From: a virus
Taxonomy: Duplodnaviria; Caudoviricetes
IMG/VR virus record: IMGVR_UViG_3300033076_001150
Location: 1 to 27,674 of that record
Length of the DNA: 27,674 nucleotides
Reading direction: 5' to 3' (one strand)
The position numbers were made by a program, and so were the translations under genes. The notes beneath the pieces are model-generated. The model did not search any database and had not been told where the DNA came from. It saw nothing but the letters and a program-made list of their open reading frames with translations. Position 1 is the stretch's first letter. Each line of letters starts with the position of its first letter. This document shows positions 8,438 through 18,668 of the stretch, piece after piece.

Positions 8438-9475
8438 ATGCGGGAGCCGGTCTACTGCACGCGTGAATCTGTCATGTACGCGCCAGACATCCGCGCCACC
8501 GCCTACATCGGCGATCAAATCGATGACGCAATCATCAGTGGCGCGCGTAGCGTAGACAAACTTACGCACCGCACCTTTTACCCGTGGTACGGCACTCGAA
8601 CTTTCGATTGGCCTAACGCGCAGAACGCGGGATCATACCGCCTGTGGCTCGATCAGAACGACTTGACCAGCCTCACATCTGCTAGCAGTGGCGGAATCGA
8701 CATCAGCTCCAGCGTCTTGCTGTCTCCGGCCAGCGGCCCCCCTTTCACACGTATCGAGTTGGATCGCGCTACGGGCGCGGCATTCAATCAGGGGAGTGGA
8801 ACGGGGCAGCGGAGCATTAGCCTGACGGGGGTGTGGGCGTACTCCAATCAGGAAAGCTTGGCCGGGACGATTGCAGTCGACGCTTCCTCGGGCGATAGCA
8901 CTATTCGGTACACCCCGATAGCCAGGGTCATCGGAATTGGTGCGACGGCGCGCATCAACGCCGAGAGGTTGCTGGTCAGCGGAAAACAGTGGGTGGACAG
9001 CGGCCAGAGCGGTTCGCTGGCCGCGAGCGCGGCGGCCACATCGCTGAGCGTTTCCGACAGCTCAGTGTTCATTCCCGGCGAAGAATTGATGATCGACAGC
9101 GAAGTTCTGTTGGTTCAGGGCGTGCGTGCCGGCGCGCTGATAGTCAAGCGCGCATGGGCGGGTAGCGTGCTGGCCGCTCATAGCGCCAGCGGAATCTACT
9201 GGCCGCGCGACCTCTTAGTTGAGCGCGGAGCGCTTGGTACAACAGCCGCAGCGGCTACGTCTGGCACCCAGATTCATCTCCATAATCCGCCTGCACCCAT
9301 AGCGCAACTGAATCGCGCGTATGCACTCGATACCTTGTTTCAAGAGGGAAGTGCATACGCGCGCACCGTTGGTTCTGGCGACAGCGAGCGGCCAGCAACG
9401 GGGCGGGGCGTGCGAGAGTTAGAGGATCGCGTGTATGGCGCTTACGGCCGACGTTACCGGGCGCGTGCGGTATGA
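8438..9475 (+). CDS. Head-to-tail adaptor-like protein with extra beta domains
   Basis: YCTRESV..IDDAI..ARSVDKLTHRTFYP..TRTFDW N-terminus; position between head and tail genes; GAGG RBS. Confidence 0.7.
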   Translation: MREPVYCTRESVMYAPDIRATAYIGDQIDDAIISGARSVDKLTHRTFYPWYGTRTFDWPNAQNAGSYRLWLDQNDLTSLTSASSGGIDISSSVLLSPASGPPFTRIELDRATGAAFNQGSGTGQRSISLTGVWAYSNQESLAGTIAVDASSGDSTIRYTPIARVIGIGATARINAERLLVSGKQWVDSGQSGSLAASAAATSLSVSDSSVFIPGEELMIDSEVLLVQGVRAGALIVKRAWAGSVLAAHSASGIYWPRDLLVERGALGTTAAAATSGTQIHLHNPPAPIAQLNRAYALDTLFQEGSAYARTVGSGDSERPATGRGVRELEDRVYGAYGRRYRARAV

Positions 9476-9846
9476 GTGACGTCATCGTGAACGGCCCTGT
9501 ATTCGATGGTCGCGCAGACATCGCACTGACTCAGGCATGCCGCGAGAGCGAACGCAGTATCGCGATACTCGGAGCTAGCAGGATGCGTAGCTTTTTGCAA
9601 ACGGTGCTACGCAAGCAGACGCCGTACTACAGATTGCAGGTCGAGGCTTCACCGGATCACCCCGGCTGGAAGGTTTGGGACCAGAAAGTCATTTATGGTC
9701 CGTGGCTAAATGGCACGGGTTCGCGAAATAAGACTACGCGATTCAAGGGATATTTTCACGTGCGCGTAACGGCGCAGTGGATGCAGGCCCGCGCTGTCGC
9801 GATGTGTGAGGCAGTATTTCGCACATATGCGAGTAGGTGGCAATGA
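9472..9846 (+). CDS. Neck / tail-completion protein (HK97 gp10-like position)
   Basis: VIYGPWLNGTGSRN..TRFKGY motif; ATGA overlap. Confidence 0.65.
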   Translation: MSDVIVNGPVFDGRADIALTQACRESERSIAILGASRMRSFLQTVLRKQTPYYRLQVEASPDHPGWKVWDQKVIYGPWLNGTGSRNKTTRFKGYFHVRVTAQWMQARAVAMCEAVFRTYASRWQ

Positions 9847-10298
9847 GTATAGACTCACGTGGCATCCTCGCGGAAATCGAATCTTTCGCTCTATCGAGCG
9901 GCTTGTTTGATCAAGTGAATCGCCACGAACCAAAGAGTGCGCCAGCGCGCACCGGAGTTACTGCCGGCATTTGGTCGTCAGGAATGCGTGCGGGAACAAG
10001 TGGCCTAGACAGGGTCAGTGTTGTTCTGACGTTTCAGCTTCGTATTTATACGAGCATGTTGCAGGAACCACAAGACGAAATCGACCCGCGCTTACTGGAC
10101 GCCACCGATGCGATGTTCGCCGCCCTGGCTGGAAACTTCACCTTGAGCGGTAAATCTCGGTACGTCGACATTTTTGGTAGCGACAGCGATGGACTGAGTG
10201 CCACCCCTGGCTACCTCTCGCAGGACAGCAAAATTTTTCGAGTGATGGACATTGCGATACCCATTATCGTCAATGACGCGTACGCGGAGGTAGCTTAG
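9843..10298 (+). CDS. Putative tail terminator
   Basis: Size and position; HEPKSAP; translational coupling. Confidence 0.6.
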   Translation: MSIDSRGILAEIESFALSSGLFDQVNRHEPKSAPARTGVTAGIWSSGMRAGTSGLDRVSVVLTFQLRIYTSMLQEPQDEIDPRLLDATDAMFAALAGNFTLSGKSRYVDIFGSDSDGLSATPGYLSQDSKIFRVMDIAIPIIVNDAYAEVA

Positions 10299-11047
10299 TG
10301 GCTAAGCAGGGTGGACTAGGTGATACCGCGTACGTAGACGGCTATGACCTCGGCGGGGACATTACCGCCATCGGGTCTATTGGTGGCGGGCCGGCAACGG
10401 GCGATGTTACGAGCATAAAGAAAAGCGCTATTGAGCGAATCGGCCTCTTGCGTGACGGTCGCATCGAATTCACCAGCGCTTTTAATGATGACCCCGGACC
10501 GGGGTCAAGTACCGGAGCACACCCGGTACTGAAGACGCTTCCTACGTCCGATCGCCTGGTGACGTACTTTCGAGGACAAGCGGTTGGCTCGCCAGCCGTC
10601 AGCCTGGTTGCGAAGCAAATCAACTACGATGGCACACGCGGCACTGACGGCTCATTGTTCTTTTCGGTGAGCGCACAGGGCAGCGGGTACGGACTGCAAT
10701 GGGGTGAACAGCTCACGGCTGGCTTGAAAACAGATACAGCGGCCAGCAACGGGACGGGCACCGACTTTGGCGCGGTTAGTACCGCGTTCGGCTGGACGGC
10801 ATATGTTCACCTGACGGCATTCACGGGAACGTCCGTCACCTTTAACGTGCAGGACAGCGCAGACAATGTCACATTCGCCACCCTGAGCGGCGGCAGCTTC
10901 GGTGCCATGACGGGCATTGGGGCCGCGCGCCTGACGGGTGGCCTAACGGACACTGTCCGCCGGTACGTGCGCATCAATACCAGCGGTACATTCAGTAACG
11001 CCGTTTTCGCTGTGAATTTCGTGCGCTACCTGACGGCTCAGTCATGA
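10298..11047 (+). CDS. Tail-tube-like protein with C-terminal extra domain (paralog of 11485..11889)
   Basis: MAKQGGLG...DVTSIKKSAIERIGLLRD...FND; GGAGG RBS. Confidence 0.7.
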   Translation: MAKQGGLGDTAYVDGYDLGGDITAIGSIGGGPATGDVTSIKKSAIERIGLLRDGRIEFTSAFNDDPGPGSSTGAHPVLKTLPTSDRLVTYFRGQAVGSPAVSLVAKQINYDGTRGTDGSLFFSVSAQGSGYGLQWGEQLTAGLKTDTAASNGTGTDFGAVSTAFGWTAYVHLTAFTGTSVTFNVQDSADNVTFATLSGGSFGAMTGIGAARLTGGLTDTVRRYVRINTSGTFSNAVFAVNFVRYLTAQS

Positions 11048-11481
11048 TGCTATTCACTCCGTTTCGCACTGAGCCAAAAATGGACGTCAGTGCGTACAAG
11101 TCCTATGAATACCGCCTTCCGCGCGGCACGCATACACGTAAAGCGAGTTGCGAGGAAGTCGGGTGCGAAGCGTACCGACTCGGCTGGAAAACAACCCTCG
11201 ACCTGACAACGCATCGTGATCACGCGCTATGGGTGATCAACGAAAGTGGACGGCACGGGTCGCATGAAATTGATGGCATGCTCATCACCTTCACTTTTCC
11301 GCGCGGCCAGCAGTGCTTTAGGACGCATCATGTCCCAACACGACCCGGTATATACACGGTGCGGGATGGGGATTGGCGCGGCAACCCCTCTGGGTCAAGG
11401 TGGACGATGAGTGCCGAGAGTTGGCTAGACGACTTTGGGGAACACCAGCAAACACTCTACGATCAACAACAGAAAGGCTGA
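11044..11481 (+). CDS. Hypothetical tail-region protein with Cys/His residues
   Basis: ATGA overlap; ASCEEVGC, GQQCF..HH motifs. Confidence 0.7.
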   Translation: MMLFTPFRTEPKMDVSAYKSYEYRLPRGTHTRKASCEEVGCEAYRLGWKTTLDLTTHRDHALWVINESGRHGSHEIDGMLITFTFPRGQQCFRTHHVPTRPGIYTVRDGDWRGNPSGSRWTMSAESWLDDFGEHQQTLYDQQQKG

Positions 11482-11484
11482 GAC

Positions 11485-11889
11485 ATGGCGAAAGAAGGCG
11501 GACTTGGGATGTCGGTCGCTGTCGATGACAGCACTGGCACCGCACGCACCATCAGTAACGACATCACGAACCTGACGATCAGTACTCCGCGTGGCGTCCA
11601 GGACGTGACGGGTGTGGACAAAAGTGCCATCGAGCGGCTGGTTTTGCTGGCCGACATGAGCGTCACCCTGAATGGCGTGTTCGATGATGGCTCGAACCTC
11701 GCGCACAGCGTGTTCCGCACGGTGCCGTCTACCAGCGTAGCGCGCACCACTACGATCGGAGTGAGCGGCCAAACGCTCGCCGGCGAGTTGCTTTACACGG
11801 ACTACGGGCTCACGCGTGCGAACGATGGTGCCCTGACGTGGAGCGCGCCTGGTGTGCTGGCCGATGGCACCGTCCCTACTTGGGCGTAA
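11485..11889 (+). CDS. Probable major tail (tube) protein
   Basis: Immediately before the tail chaperone; QDVTGVDKSAIERL..LAD; ends GTVPTWA. Confidence 0.7.
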   Translation: MAKEGGLGMSVAVDDSTGTARTISNDITNLTISTPRGVQDVTGVDKSAIERLVLLADMSVTLNGVFDDGSNLAHSVFRTVPSTSVARTTTIGVSGQTLAGELLYTDYGLTRANDGALTWSAPGVLADGTVPTWA

Positions 11890-11916
11890 TTCGATATCAA
11901 ATAGTGGAGTGAGGGA

Positions 11917-12339
11917 ATGGGATTCAAGCGCAAGCGCAAGCTGTATTTGCTGGACTTCGAGGGAACGACGCTAGAGGGGTTGGAAATGGTCATGCACGGC
12001 ATGACCGTAGATGAGGCGCTGAAGCTGTCGGAACTTCAGGATCTTGATCGTTCCGACAGCCCGGTGCATGAAAAACAGGAAGTTATCCGCGAGTTGTTCG
12101 CATTCGTCGCGAGCAAAGTAGATCGCTGGAATCTGGAAGATGATAACGGCATCCCTATCAAACCGTCATCCGACGAGTTTATGAGTTGGGATGCCGGCGA
12201 AGCTTTCAACGCTATCAAGGTGTGGCAAGAGGCGGTACAGGGGGTGGACGCCCCTTTAGAGCGGCCATCGAGCGGTGGCAAAAAGTGGGTGGGGCCACCG
12301 ATTCCTATGGAGATACCGTCACCGAACCTGCCGCACTGA
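11917..12339 (+). CDS. Tail assembly chaperone (gpG-like)
   Basis: Acidic 140 aa between tail tube and tape measure; WNLEDDNG motif. Confidence 0.8.
   Translation: MGFKRKRKLYLLDFEGTTLEGLEMVMHGMTVDEALKLSELQDLDRSDSPVHEKQEVIRELFAFVASKVDRWNLEDDNGIPIKPSSDEFMSWDAGEAFNAIKVWQEAVQGVDAPLERPSSGGKKWVGPPIPMEIPSPNLPH
12252..12258 (+). other. Programmed -1 frameshift slippery heptamer
   Basis: C CCT TTA (XXXYYYZ) in the chaperone reading frame; -1 frame stays open to 12467. Confidence 0.7.
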
Positions 12340-12467
12340 TTCGCGCACGGCTTGTAGTCGGATTGTGTGAACGATTCTCCTGCCTCCCTAGCGCGCTGCT
12401 AGAGGAAGACGCGGAGCTGTTTCAGATGTTGACACTAGTAAGACTAGGGGAAGGCGAACACGAATGA
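12252..12467 (+). CDS. Frameshift extension of tail chaperone (gpGT-like)
   Basis: -1 frame ..FRAAIERW..LCERFSCLPSALLEED..; stop overlaps the tape measure ATG. Confidence 0.7.
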   Translation, partial: PFRAAIERWQKVGGATDSYGDTVTEPAALIRARLVVGLCERFSCLPSALLEEDAELFQMLTLVRLGEGEHE

Positions 12468-14464
12468 GTAATGACGTTCTTATTCGTGTTCGTGTGCGAC
12501 AGGATACGCGAGACGGTTTCGCCGCTATAGCCAGGGAAGCGGAGAAATCCGCGCAAGAAAGCGCCGACAGGTTTACGGCCAGGTTCGGCGTCGTGTTTTC
12601 GCGCGTGGGTACGTTGCTGGCCGCTCACACAAGGAATGCCGGTGGTGTGATCGGCCAGCAGCTAGGCGAGCACGCAGGCCAAAACTTCATAACGCGCATG
12701 ATCGCGGGGGTGAACGCCAACGCTCAGAAATATGCGCAACTAGGTCAGAATATTGGCCAGCGTGTTGGCGATAGTATTTCTTCGGAGATTACGCAAAGTA
12801 TATTTCGCAGTGTGCGCAACGGAGATGCCGGCGATAGCCGGAGCACTTTTCGCTCAAGTAGCAGGAGTGCGGGGGGCGGCTCGTCTCGGAGCGATAGCGA
12901 CTTTAGCAATAGGGGTCGTTCTGGGGGAAAGGGTGGTGATGGTGGCACCACTCGAATCGACGTGGACAGACAGAGTTTTCTAAGTCGAATCGCGGGATGG
13001 GGTACTGAAGCAGCTAAAGGTTTCTACGGGAATTTCAGTGGAGCACTGAGTACATTGCTCAGTGGCGACCTAATTTCCACTCTCGTGAAAGTCTTTTCGG
13101 TGACCTCGATCGCTACCGCGCTGTCTATTCCTTTAGCGGCAGCATTTAGCTCAGCCGTGCTGCTCGCGCTGGGCGGCGGAGTTATTGCTGCTGGAATCGC
13201 GGGAGCATTCAAGGACCCGCGCATCACGGCGGCAGCAAAGGAGCTTGGAACAAAGCTCGAAAAGGCTTTCACCAAGTTTGGTGAGCCGTTCCGTGGGCCT
13301 GTGGCAAATTTCTTCGAACGGCTAGTTCGTGACTTCATGCCACAGCTAGAAAAAGCCGGGAAAGAGATCGGCAAGGTTTTTGCGCCACTTACTGGCAAGC
13401 TCGGCGATGGAATCATCGGAGCACTTCAGAACATACTCCCCGGCCTCACTGATGGACTAAAGGGGGCAGCGCCCGTTATCGAGGTGCTGGCGAAGCGCCT
13501 TCCGGACATCGGACAAGCTATTGGCGACTTCTTCAGCATCATCGGTGAAAACGGAGACAGTGCGGCGGTATTCTTTAATGATCTCATCACCGTAGTTAAT
13601 GGGGTGATCACAGCAGTTGCTAGGCTGATTAGCACCCTTACGGGCCTCTATGGCGGCTTTCGCGATGTTGCGATGGCGACGCTTGAACTATTCAAGGCTA
13701 TTTGGAATTTTATCGAAGAGCTTACAGATAGTCTCGCCGCTTCCATAGTAGGCGCATTCCGGAGGATGCGCAGCGGAGTGCAGTCAACCCTCACGGGATT
13801 GGCAAGCTCGGGCGCTAACGCACTTAACAGGTTGTGGAACGCCATCGGTAGCGGCGTGAATCGTGCCCGCGCGTTCTTTCGTAGTTTCGTCTCGTATGCA
13901 ATCTCCATGATGGGGAGCCTGCTGAATGGTGCGATAGCAGCACTGAGCTGGATTCCTGGCATTGGTGGAAAACTCGCGGTCGCGCGTGCGGCATTCAGCA
14001 GATTCAAGAGCAGTGTTATTGGGGATCTCAACGCCATCCCTAAAAGCAAGACCGTCACCATCAACGGCATCAACAATGTCGGATACGCCGTGGGTAGCGC
14101 ACTGAGATCCATCGCTCGCCTGACTGCCACCAACTACGTCGGGATTACCGGGAAGTACACCGGTGGTGTGACCGGGTCGCTACCCGCAGAGATCGGACGC
14201 GCGGCCAGTGGGGGCATCCGCAATGGCCTTACGCTAGTCGGCGAATATGGTCCCGAGCTTGTGGACGTCGCACCGGGCAGCAAGGTCTATAGCAACGGAG
14301 ACAGCGCACGCATGATGCGTGGTGGCAGTGATGGTGGAGCGCTGGCCGTTCAAGCTAGCTGGGTGGGGACAGCCGACCCCCTAATTCGCGAGATTATGAA
14401 CAGCATTCAATTTCAGGTGGTTCGTAGGTACAACGGAAGCGTTCAATCGGCGATGGGGCGGTAA
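12464..14464 (+). CDS. Tape measure protein
   Basis: Long Ala/Gly-rich helical protein after the chaperones; C-terminal RAASGG..TLVGEYGPELV. Confidence 0.9.
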   Translation: MSNDVLIRVRVRQDTRDGFAAIAREAEKSAQESADRFTARFGVVFSRVGTLLAAHTRNAGGVIGQQLGEHAGQNFITRMIAGVNANAQKYAQLGQNIGQRVGDSISSEITQSIFRSVRNGDAGDSRSTFRSSSRSAGGGSSRSDSDFSNRGRSGGKGGDGGTTRIDVDRQSFLSRIAGWGTEAAKGFYGNFSGALSTLLSGDLISTLVKVFSVTSIATALSIPLAAAFSSAVLLALGGGVIAAGIAGAFKDPRITAAAKELGTKLEKAFTKFGEPFRGPVANFFERLVRDFMPQLEKAGKEIGKVFAPLTGKLGDGIIGALQNILPGLTDGLKGAAPVIEVLAKRLPDIGQAIGDFFSIIGENGDSAAVFFNDLITVVNGVITAVARLISTLTGLYGGFRDVAMATLELFKAIWNFIEELTDSLAASIVGAFRRMRSGVQSTLTGLASSGANALNRLWNAIGSGVNRARAFFRSFVSYAISMMGSLLNGAIAALSWIPGIGGKLAVARAAFSRFKSSVIGDLNAIPKSKTVTINGINNVGYAVGSALRSIARLTATNYVGITGKYTGGVTGSLPAEIGRAASGGIRNGLTLVGEYGPELVDVAPGSKVYSNGDSARMMRGGSDGGALAVQASWVGTADPLIREIMNSIQFQVVRRYNGSVQSAMGR

Positions 14465-17301
14465 TGGCTACCGATAACGTGACGTCCGAGTTTTACATCG
14501 ATGGCGCGTGGCAGACAGCGGTTAGCGGAACGAACCTTGATGAGCGTGTGCGCAAGAATCCCGGCGTTCTGATCACGCGTGGCGCTAGCGACCAGCAGGG
14601 AGCTATCACCCCATCTGCTAGCGATTTCGAGGTAAACAACCGTGACGGCGTGTTCAGTAACCGCAACCCCTCTAGTGTGCTGTACGGGAAATTCCCACGC
14701 TACACAAAAGTTCGTCACAGCATCCCGAATGCGGCCGGAAACCTCGATAGCTACGTTCGGTTTCTCCAGCCCAACAATGCAGGAACGTTGAGCACCACAG
14801 ACAAGGCTGGAATTGAATTTGCGGGGGACATTGATATTCGGTTCGAGATAACGCCGGATACCTGGACGCCGGTCGAGGGTTTTACCATCTGTGGCCGCTA
14901 TCAAGTCACGGGCAACAACCGGGTATGGATGGTGTGGCTGGACTATCTAGGTCGGTTCGTGCTCCGCACCAGCACCAACGGAACCACTACGGTCGACAAC
15001 ACCTTTGCGGAATGGCCGGCCACGCGATACGGGCGGCAAGCCGTACGGATCACGCTGGATGTGGACAGCGGCGGCGGCAACCGCACGGCCACCCTGTACT
15101 ACAGTGACAATATTGGTGGCACCTGGACGCAGCACAGTCAAATTGTGACGGCTGGCACTACCTCGATCTACACGTCTAGCACGGCCCCCTTAGAGGTGGG
15201 CAACGTAGGCGGCGGTGCGCAGATCACCAATCAGACGATGATGTATGGCAAAATACACGCGTTCGAGCTGCGTAACGGAATCGACGGGACGCTGGTAGCG
15301 AACATGAGCGCGGCCAGCCGGGCGGTAGGCGACACAAGCTGGAGTGACGGACTTGGTAACACGTGGGACATTACGGGCACGGCGCGCATTGGCACCGACC
15401 GCATCCGCCACACCGGAGAAATCGACGTGGTTGACTACCGGTGGGATGAAACCGGGCGCGACGCATGGATGCCCCTAAAGAGCCAGGGGGCGCTTAACCG
15501 ACTTCAGGAAACAGACGCACCCGCCGAGAGTCCGATCTATCGGAACCTGATTCAATACGACCAGACGGCGGGCTACTGGCCCCTGGAAGACGGCAGCAGC
15601 AGTACCGTTGTCAGCAGCGCGGCAGGTACTACATCCACGAGCGCGCTCGTGGATTGTTCATTCACGGGAAGTGTGCCGACTGGTCTATACGGAAGTAGCG
15701 GCAGCCTCAAGCTGAATAGCACATCCAGCTACTTCACGGTGGAGGCGGCTGGCCGGAGCAGCACGGGCGAAAACACGATTCTCTTTTACTTTCGCCTCGC
15801 TACTAGTAGTCTGCCGGCTGCTAATCGCCTGTTCGCCTACATTCAGACCACGGGCACGATCCGCCGATGGGAAATCCTAATCGGGCCAACCGGCTATCAA
15901 TTCATAGGTTACAACTCAGCGGGAACTGCTGTCACGACGGACAGCATTGCTTTCGGAAGTGGCGGCAATCCGAACGGGTTTTGGGTTGGAATGCAGCTCA
16001 CTCTTAGTCAGGTTGGCGCGAACGTCAACTATACGTGGCGCTGGTGGGGTGTGCTCAGCGGTACGTTTTGGGTGCACGCACTGGGCGGAGGCACGTACGC
16101 GGGCACGGTCGGCCGTGCGCGTTATTTCACGGCCGGAGCGCTTTCCGATGCTACATTCGCGAATGCTGAAGTAGCACACCTCATCATGACGATGGACGTA
16201 TTCAGCGTCAACAGCACCATTTTCCGGGATAGCAGCAATGGCTACAATGGAGAATTGGCGGGTGTGCGCGCCGCCCGTCTGGCGAGCGAGGAAGGCATCA
16301 CCCTTGAGATTTATGGCGACGTGGCTGACACGCAAGCCATGGGGCCACAGACGTCTCAAGAGGTGTACAATCTAATCGAAGAGTGCGTGCAGATCGACGG
16401 CGGACTCTTGTTCGACTTGCGTGACAAGTTTGGGATGGGGTTCCGTACGCGCGTAGATATAGAGAATCGAAACTGTGACGGCTTTACCGTCCCGTACTCC
16501 AGTAGCTACCTAAGTGCAACTCCGGCATTCACCGAGGACGGCCGGTATACAAAAAACATCATGACGGTAAGTCGGCCCAGCGGAGGTAGCGCACGTGCTA
16601 CAAGAACCGACGGGCCGCTCAGTATCAGTGAGCCACCGTCCGGTATCGGCCAGCGGCCAGGGAGTGTCAGCCTCCCTGGGTACAGTGATTCACAGGTGCA
16701 GCGGCTGGCTGAGTTTCAGGTGTGGCTACGGACGCAAGACGAACTTCGCACACCGCAACTATATTTCGAGTTGCATCGCAACTCAGTCGAGGCAAGCACG
16801 CTTGTTGCCGAAAGAATCATCGCGGCGCATTTGGGTGACTGGTTGACCCTGACTGGTCTTCCGTCTTTCGTAAGTCCAGACGATCGAAAGTTGATGATTC
16901 TCGGCTATTCAGAAAGGTTTAACGGACTTCAGTGGGAAGTGGCGTTCAACGTCATCACGGCGGATGGGTACCGCACCCCCCGCCTAAACTTCGCCGTCCT
17001 GGCCGATAGCGGCACAACCACACTGAATGCCGGAATCAGTAGCAGTGCAACAACCATGGTTTTGAAAACTCCCGTTACTTCACAGGCATGGATCGATAGC
17101 ACAAACTTTGCTAGCGACTTTCCGCTAGTGGTGAGGCTGGGTGGCGAGGTTATGACTATTACCGCACTGACCACACCCAGCGTTGTAGGCAGCGATTATC
17201 AACAAACCGCTACGGTGACACGTAGCCAGAACGGCGTACAGAAATCACACAGTGCTGGGGATGTCGTCGAGGTTCGCGACGCGTATTACATTGGAATGTG
17301 A
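14464..17301 (+). CDS. Large minor tail / baseplate protein with LamG-like beta domains
   Basis: 945 aa after tape measure; ITRGASD, NNRDGVFSNRNPSS.LYG, YWPLEDG motifs. Confidence 0.8.
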   Translation: MATDNVTSEFYIDGAWQTAVSGTNLDERVRKNPGVLITRGASDQQGAITPSASDFEVNNRDGVFSNRNPSSVLYGKFPRYTKVRHSIPNAAGNLDSYVRFLQPNNAGTLSTTDKAGIEFAGDIDIRFEITPDTWTPVEGFTICGRYQVTGNNRVWMVWLDYLGRFVLRTSTNGTTTVDNTFAEWPATRYGRQAVRITLDVDSGGGNRTATLYYSDNIGGTWTQHSQIVTAGTTSIYTSSTAPLEVGNVGGGAQITNQTMMYGKIHAFELRNGIDGTLVANMSAASRAVGDTSWSDGLGNTWDITGTARIGTDRIRHTGEIDVVDYRWDETGRDAWMPLKSQGALNRLQETDAPAESPIYRNLIQYDQTAGYWPLEDGSSSTVVSSAAGTTSTSALVDCSFTGSVPTGLYGSSGSLKLNSTSSYFTVEAAGRSSTGENTILFYFRLATSSLPAANRLFAYIQTTGTIRRWEILIGPTGYQFIGYNSAGTAVTTDSIAFGSGGNPNGFWVGMQLTLSQVGANVNYTWRWWGVLSGTFWVHALGGGTYAGTVGRARYFTAGALSDATFANAEVAHLIMTMDVFSVNSTIFRDSSNGYNGELAGVRAARLASEEGITLEIYGDVADTQAMGPQTSQEVYNLIEECVQIDGGLLFDLRDKFGMGFRTRVDIENRNCDGFTVPYSSSYLSATPAFTEDGRYTKNIMTVSRPSGGSARATRTDGPLSISEPPSGIGQRPGSVSLPGYSDSQVQRLAEFQVWLRTQDELRTPQLYFELHRNSVEASTLVAERIIAAHLGDWLTLTGLPSFVSPDDRKLMILGYSERFNGLQWEVAFNVITADGYRTPRLNFAVLADSGTTTLNAGISSSATTMVLKTPVTSQAWIDSTNFASDFPLVVRLGGEVMTITALTTPSVVGSDYQQTATVTRSQNGVQKSHSAGDVVEVRDAYYIGM

Positions 17302-17310
17302 GACATAAGC

Positions 17311-17814
17311 ATGGCGAAATACCCTGCGCTCAGAGTCGGCCAGAGGTGGACGGCGGACCTCGCGTCAAGCATGCTTCCCGACTATGCCTATAAAGTCGGT
17401 ACAACCGCTCGCATTAGCACCACAACCCGAACAAGCGACCCGGATCTACAGCTTTCCGTTGCAGCGGATGCTCTTTACGAGTTGCACCTGAGCGCACAGT
17501 TCACCAGCGCGGCGGCGGCTGACATAAGTATTGGGTTTAGTGGGCCTAGCGGTGCAGGTATGCAGTGGGAGATTGCTAGTCTGGAGTTGAGCGCCACGGG
17601 CTTTACGGGGGACCTGACGGGCGCATATGCGCTTGGTAGCGCTGTCACCGTGGCCGGCCTTTCGCCTACCGGCACACCAATTGTGATCAGCGGCTTTCTG
17701 GATACCGCTAGCACGGCTGGCACACTGGCCTTTCAGTGGGCGCAGGGCACATCGACTGCCAGCAACACCACAGCCCTGTCCGGCAGTTGGATGAAGCTTA
17801 CTAGAATCGCGTAG
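17311..17814 (+). CDS. Minor tail protein
   Basis: DPDLQLSV, GTLAFQWAQ, GSWMKLTRIA pattern of actinophage minor tails. Confidence 0.75.
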   Translation: MAKYPALRVGQRWTADLASSMLPDYAYKVGTTARISTTTRTSDPDLQLSVAADALYELHLSAQFTSAAAADISIGFSGPSGAGMQWEIASLELSATGFTGDLTGAYALGSAVTVAGLSPTGTPIVISGFLDTASTAGTLAFQWAQGTSTASNTTALSGSWMKLTRIA

Positions 17815-17829
17815 GGAGGAGTCGAGTCG

Positions 17830-18654
17830 ATGGCGCAATCACCAGAGTATCCGCACCTGAAGTGGGTACCGCCGCGTAGCTGGACTAATGCCAACCGGAC
17901 GAGCGTGCAATTGATTGTCATTCACACCACTGAGGGTAGTTCGCACGCGAACAGCGCAGAGGACGGCGCGGCATACGATCAGCGCCGCACCGATGGAGTT
18001 AGCGCGCACTACTACGTGGATAGCGACAGCGTTATTCAGTGCGTGCACACGGCGGATATCGCCCACACCGCAATGACAGCAGGAAACCGGCGTGGCATCC
18101 ACTACGAGTTGTGCGGTAGGGCTAGCTGGAGCGCCGCCACGTGGCGCGGAGAGTATGCGCTGGCGATGCTGCGCCGCGCCGCCGCTCAGGTAGCTATAGA
18201 CGCGCGAGACTGGAAGATTCCAGTGCGCTACGTTAGCTCGGATCAGGTGCGCAACGGCGTAGGTGGCCTGTGCGGGCACCGGGAAATCACTTATGCTTTC
18301 AAGGAAAGCACGCACACCGACCCCGGGCCAAATTTCCCATGGGACCTGTTTCTCGGCATGGTGAAAGAGGAACAGGCAAAACTCGAAGAAAAGGAAGTGA
18401 CCGGAGAGATGACACCTGATGATGTAGTGGATGCCATCGAAAGGCGCCTAGCGGATAAAAGCAGCAAGCTCTATGCCCTTGATCGCAGTATCGAGCTACA
18501 GTACCCGGCGGATACCGACGAGACTCCGCGTAGCTTACTGTCCGTCATCATGGACTCTGTAAAGCTCATCGAGTCCCTTTCGGGGCAGGTGGCCGCCCTG
18601 CGGGAACAAGTGGAAGAAGTAAGGGGCGCGGTCGTTCGCAGCCCCAGTAACTGA
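17830..18654 (+). CDS. Endolysin, N-acetylmuramoyl-L-alanine amidase (Amidase_2)
   Basis: IVIHTTEG, SAHYYVD, GIHYELCG, GHREI, HTDPG Zn-amidase motifs. Confidence 0.92.
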   Translation: MAQSPEYPHLKWVPPRSWTNANRTSVQLIVIHTTEGSSHANSAEDGAAYDQRRTDGVSAHYYVDSDSVIQCVHTADIAHTAMTAGNRRGIHYELCGRASWSAATWRGEYALAMLRRAAAQVAIDARDWKIPVRYVSSDQVRNGVGGLCGHREITYAFKESTHTDPGPNFPWDLFLGMVKEEQAKLEEKEVTGEMTPDDVVDAIERRLADKSSKLYALDRSIELQYPADTDETPRSLLSVIMDSVKLIESLSGQVAALREQVEEVRGAVVRSPSN

Positions 18655-18668
18655 AAGGTCGGGCATGA

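Noticed and set aside
12280-12286. C AAA AAG as the chaperone frameshift site
   Set aside because: Not a full XXXYYYZ heptamer; C CCT TTA at 12252-12258 fits better
992-18315. Many minus-strand ORFs across the structural operon (e.g. 992..1729, 5610..6440, 7469..7987)
   Set aside because: They overlap well-supported, translationally coupled + strand genes and are expected in GC-rich DNA
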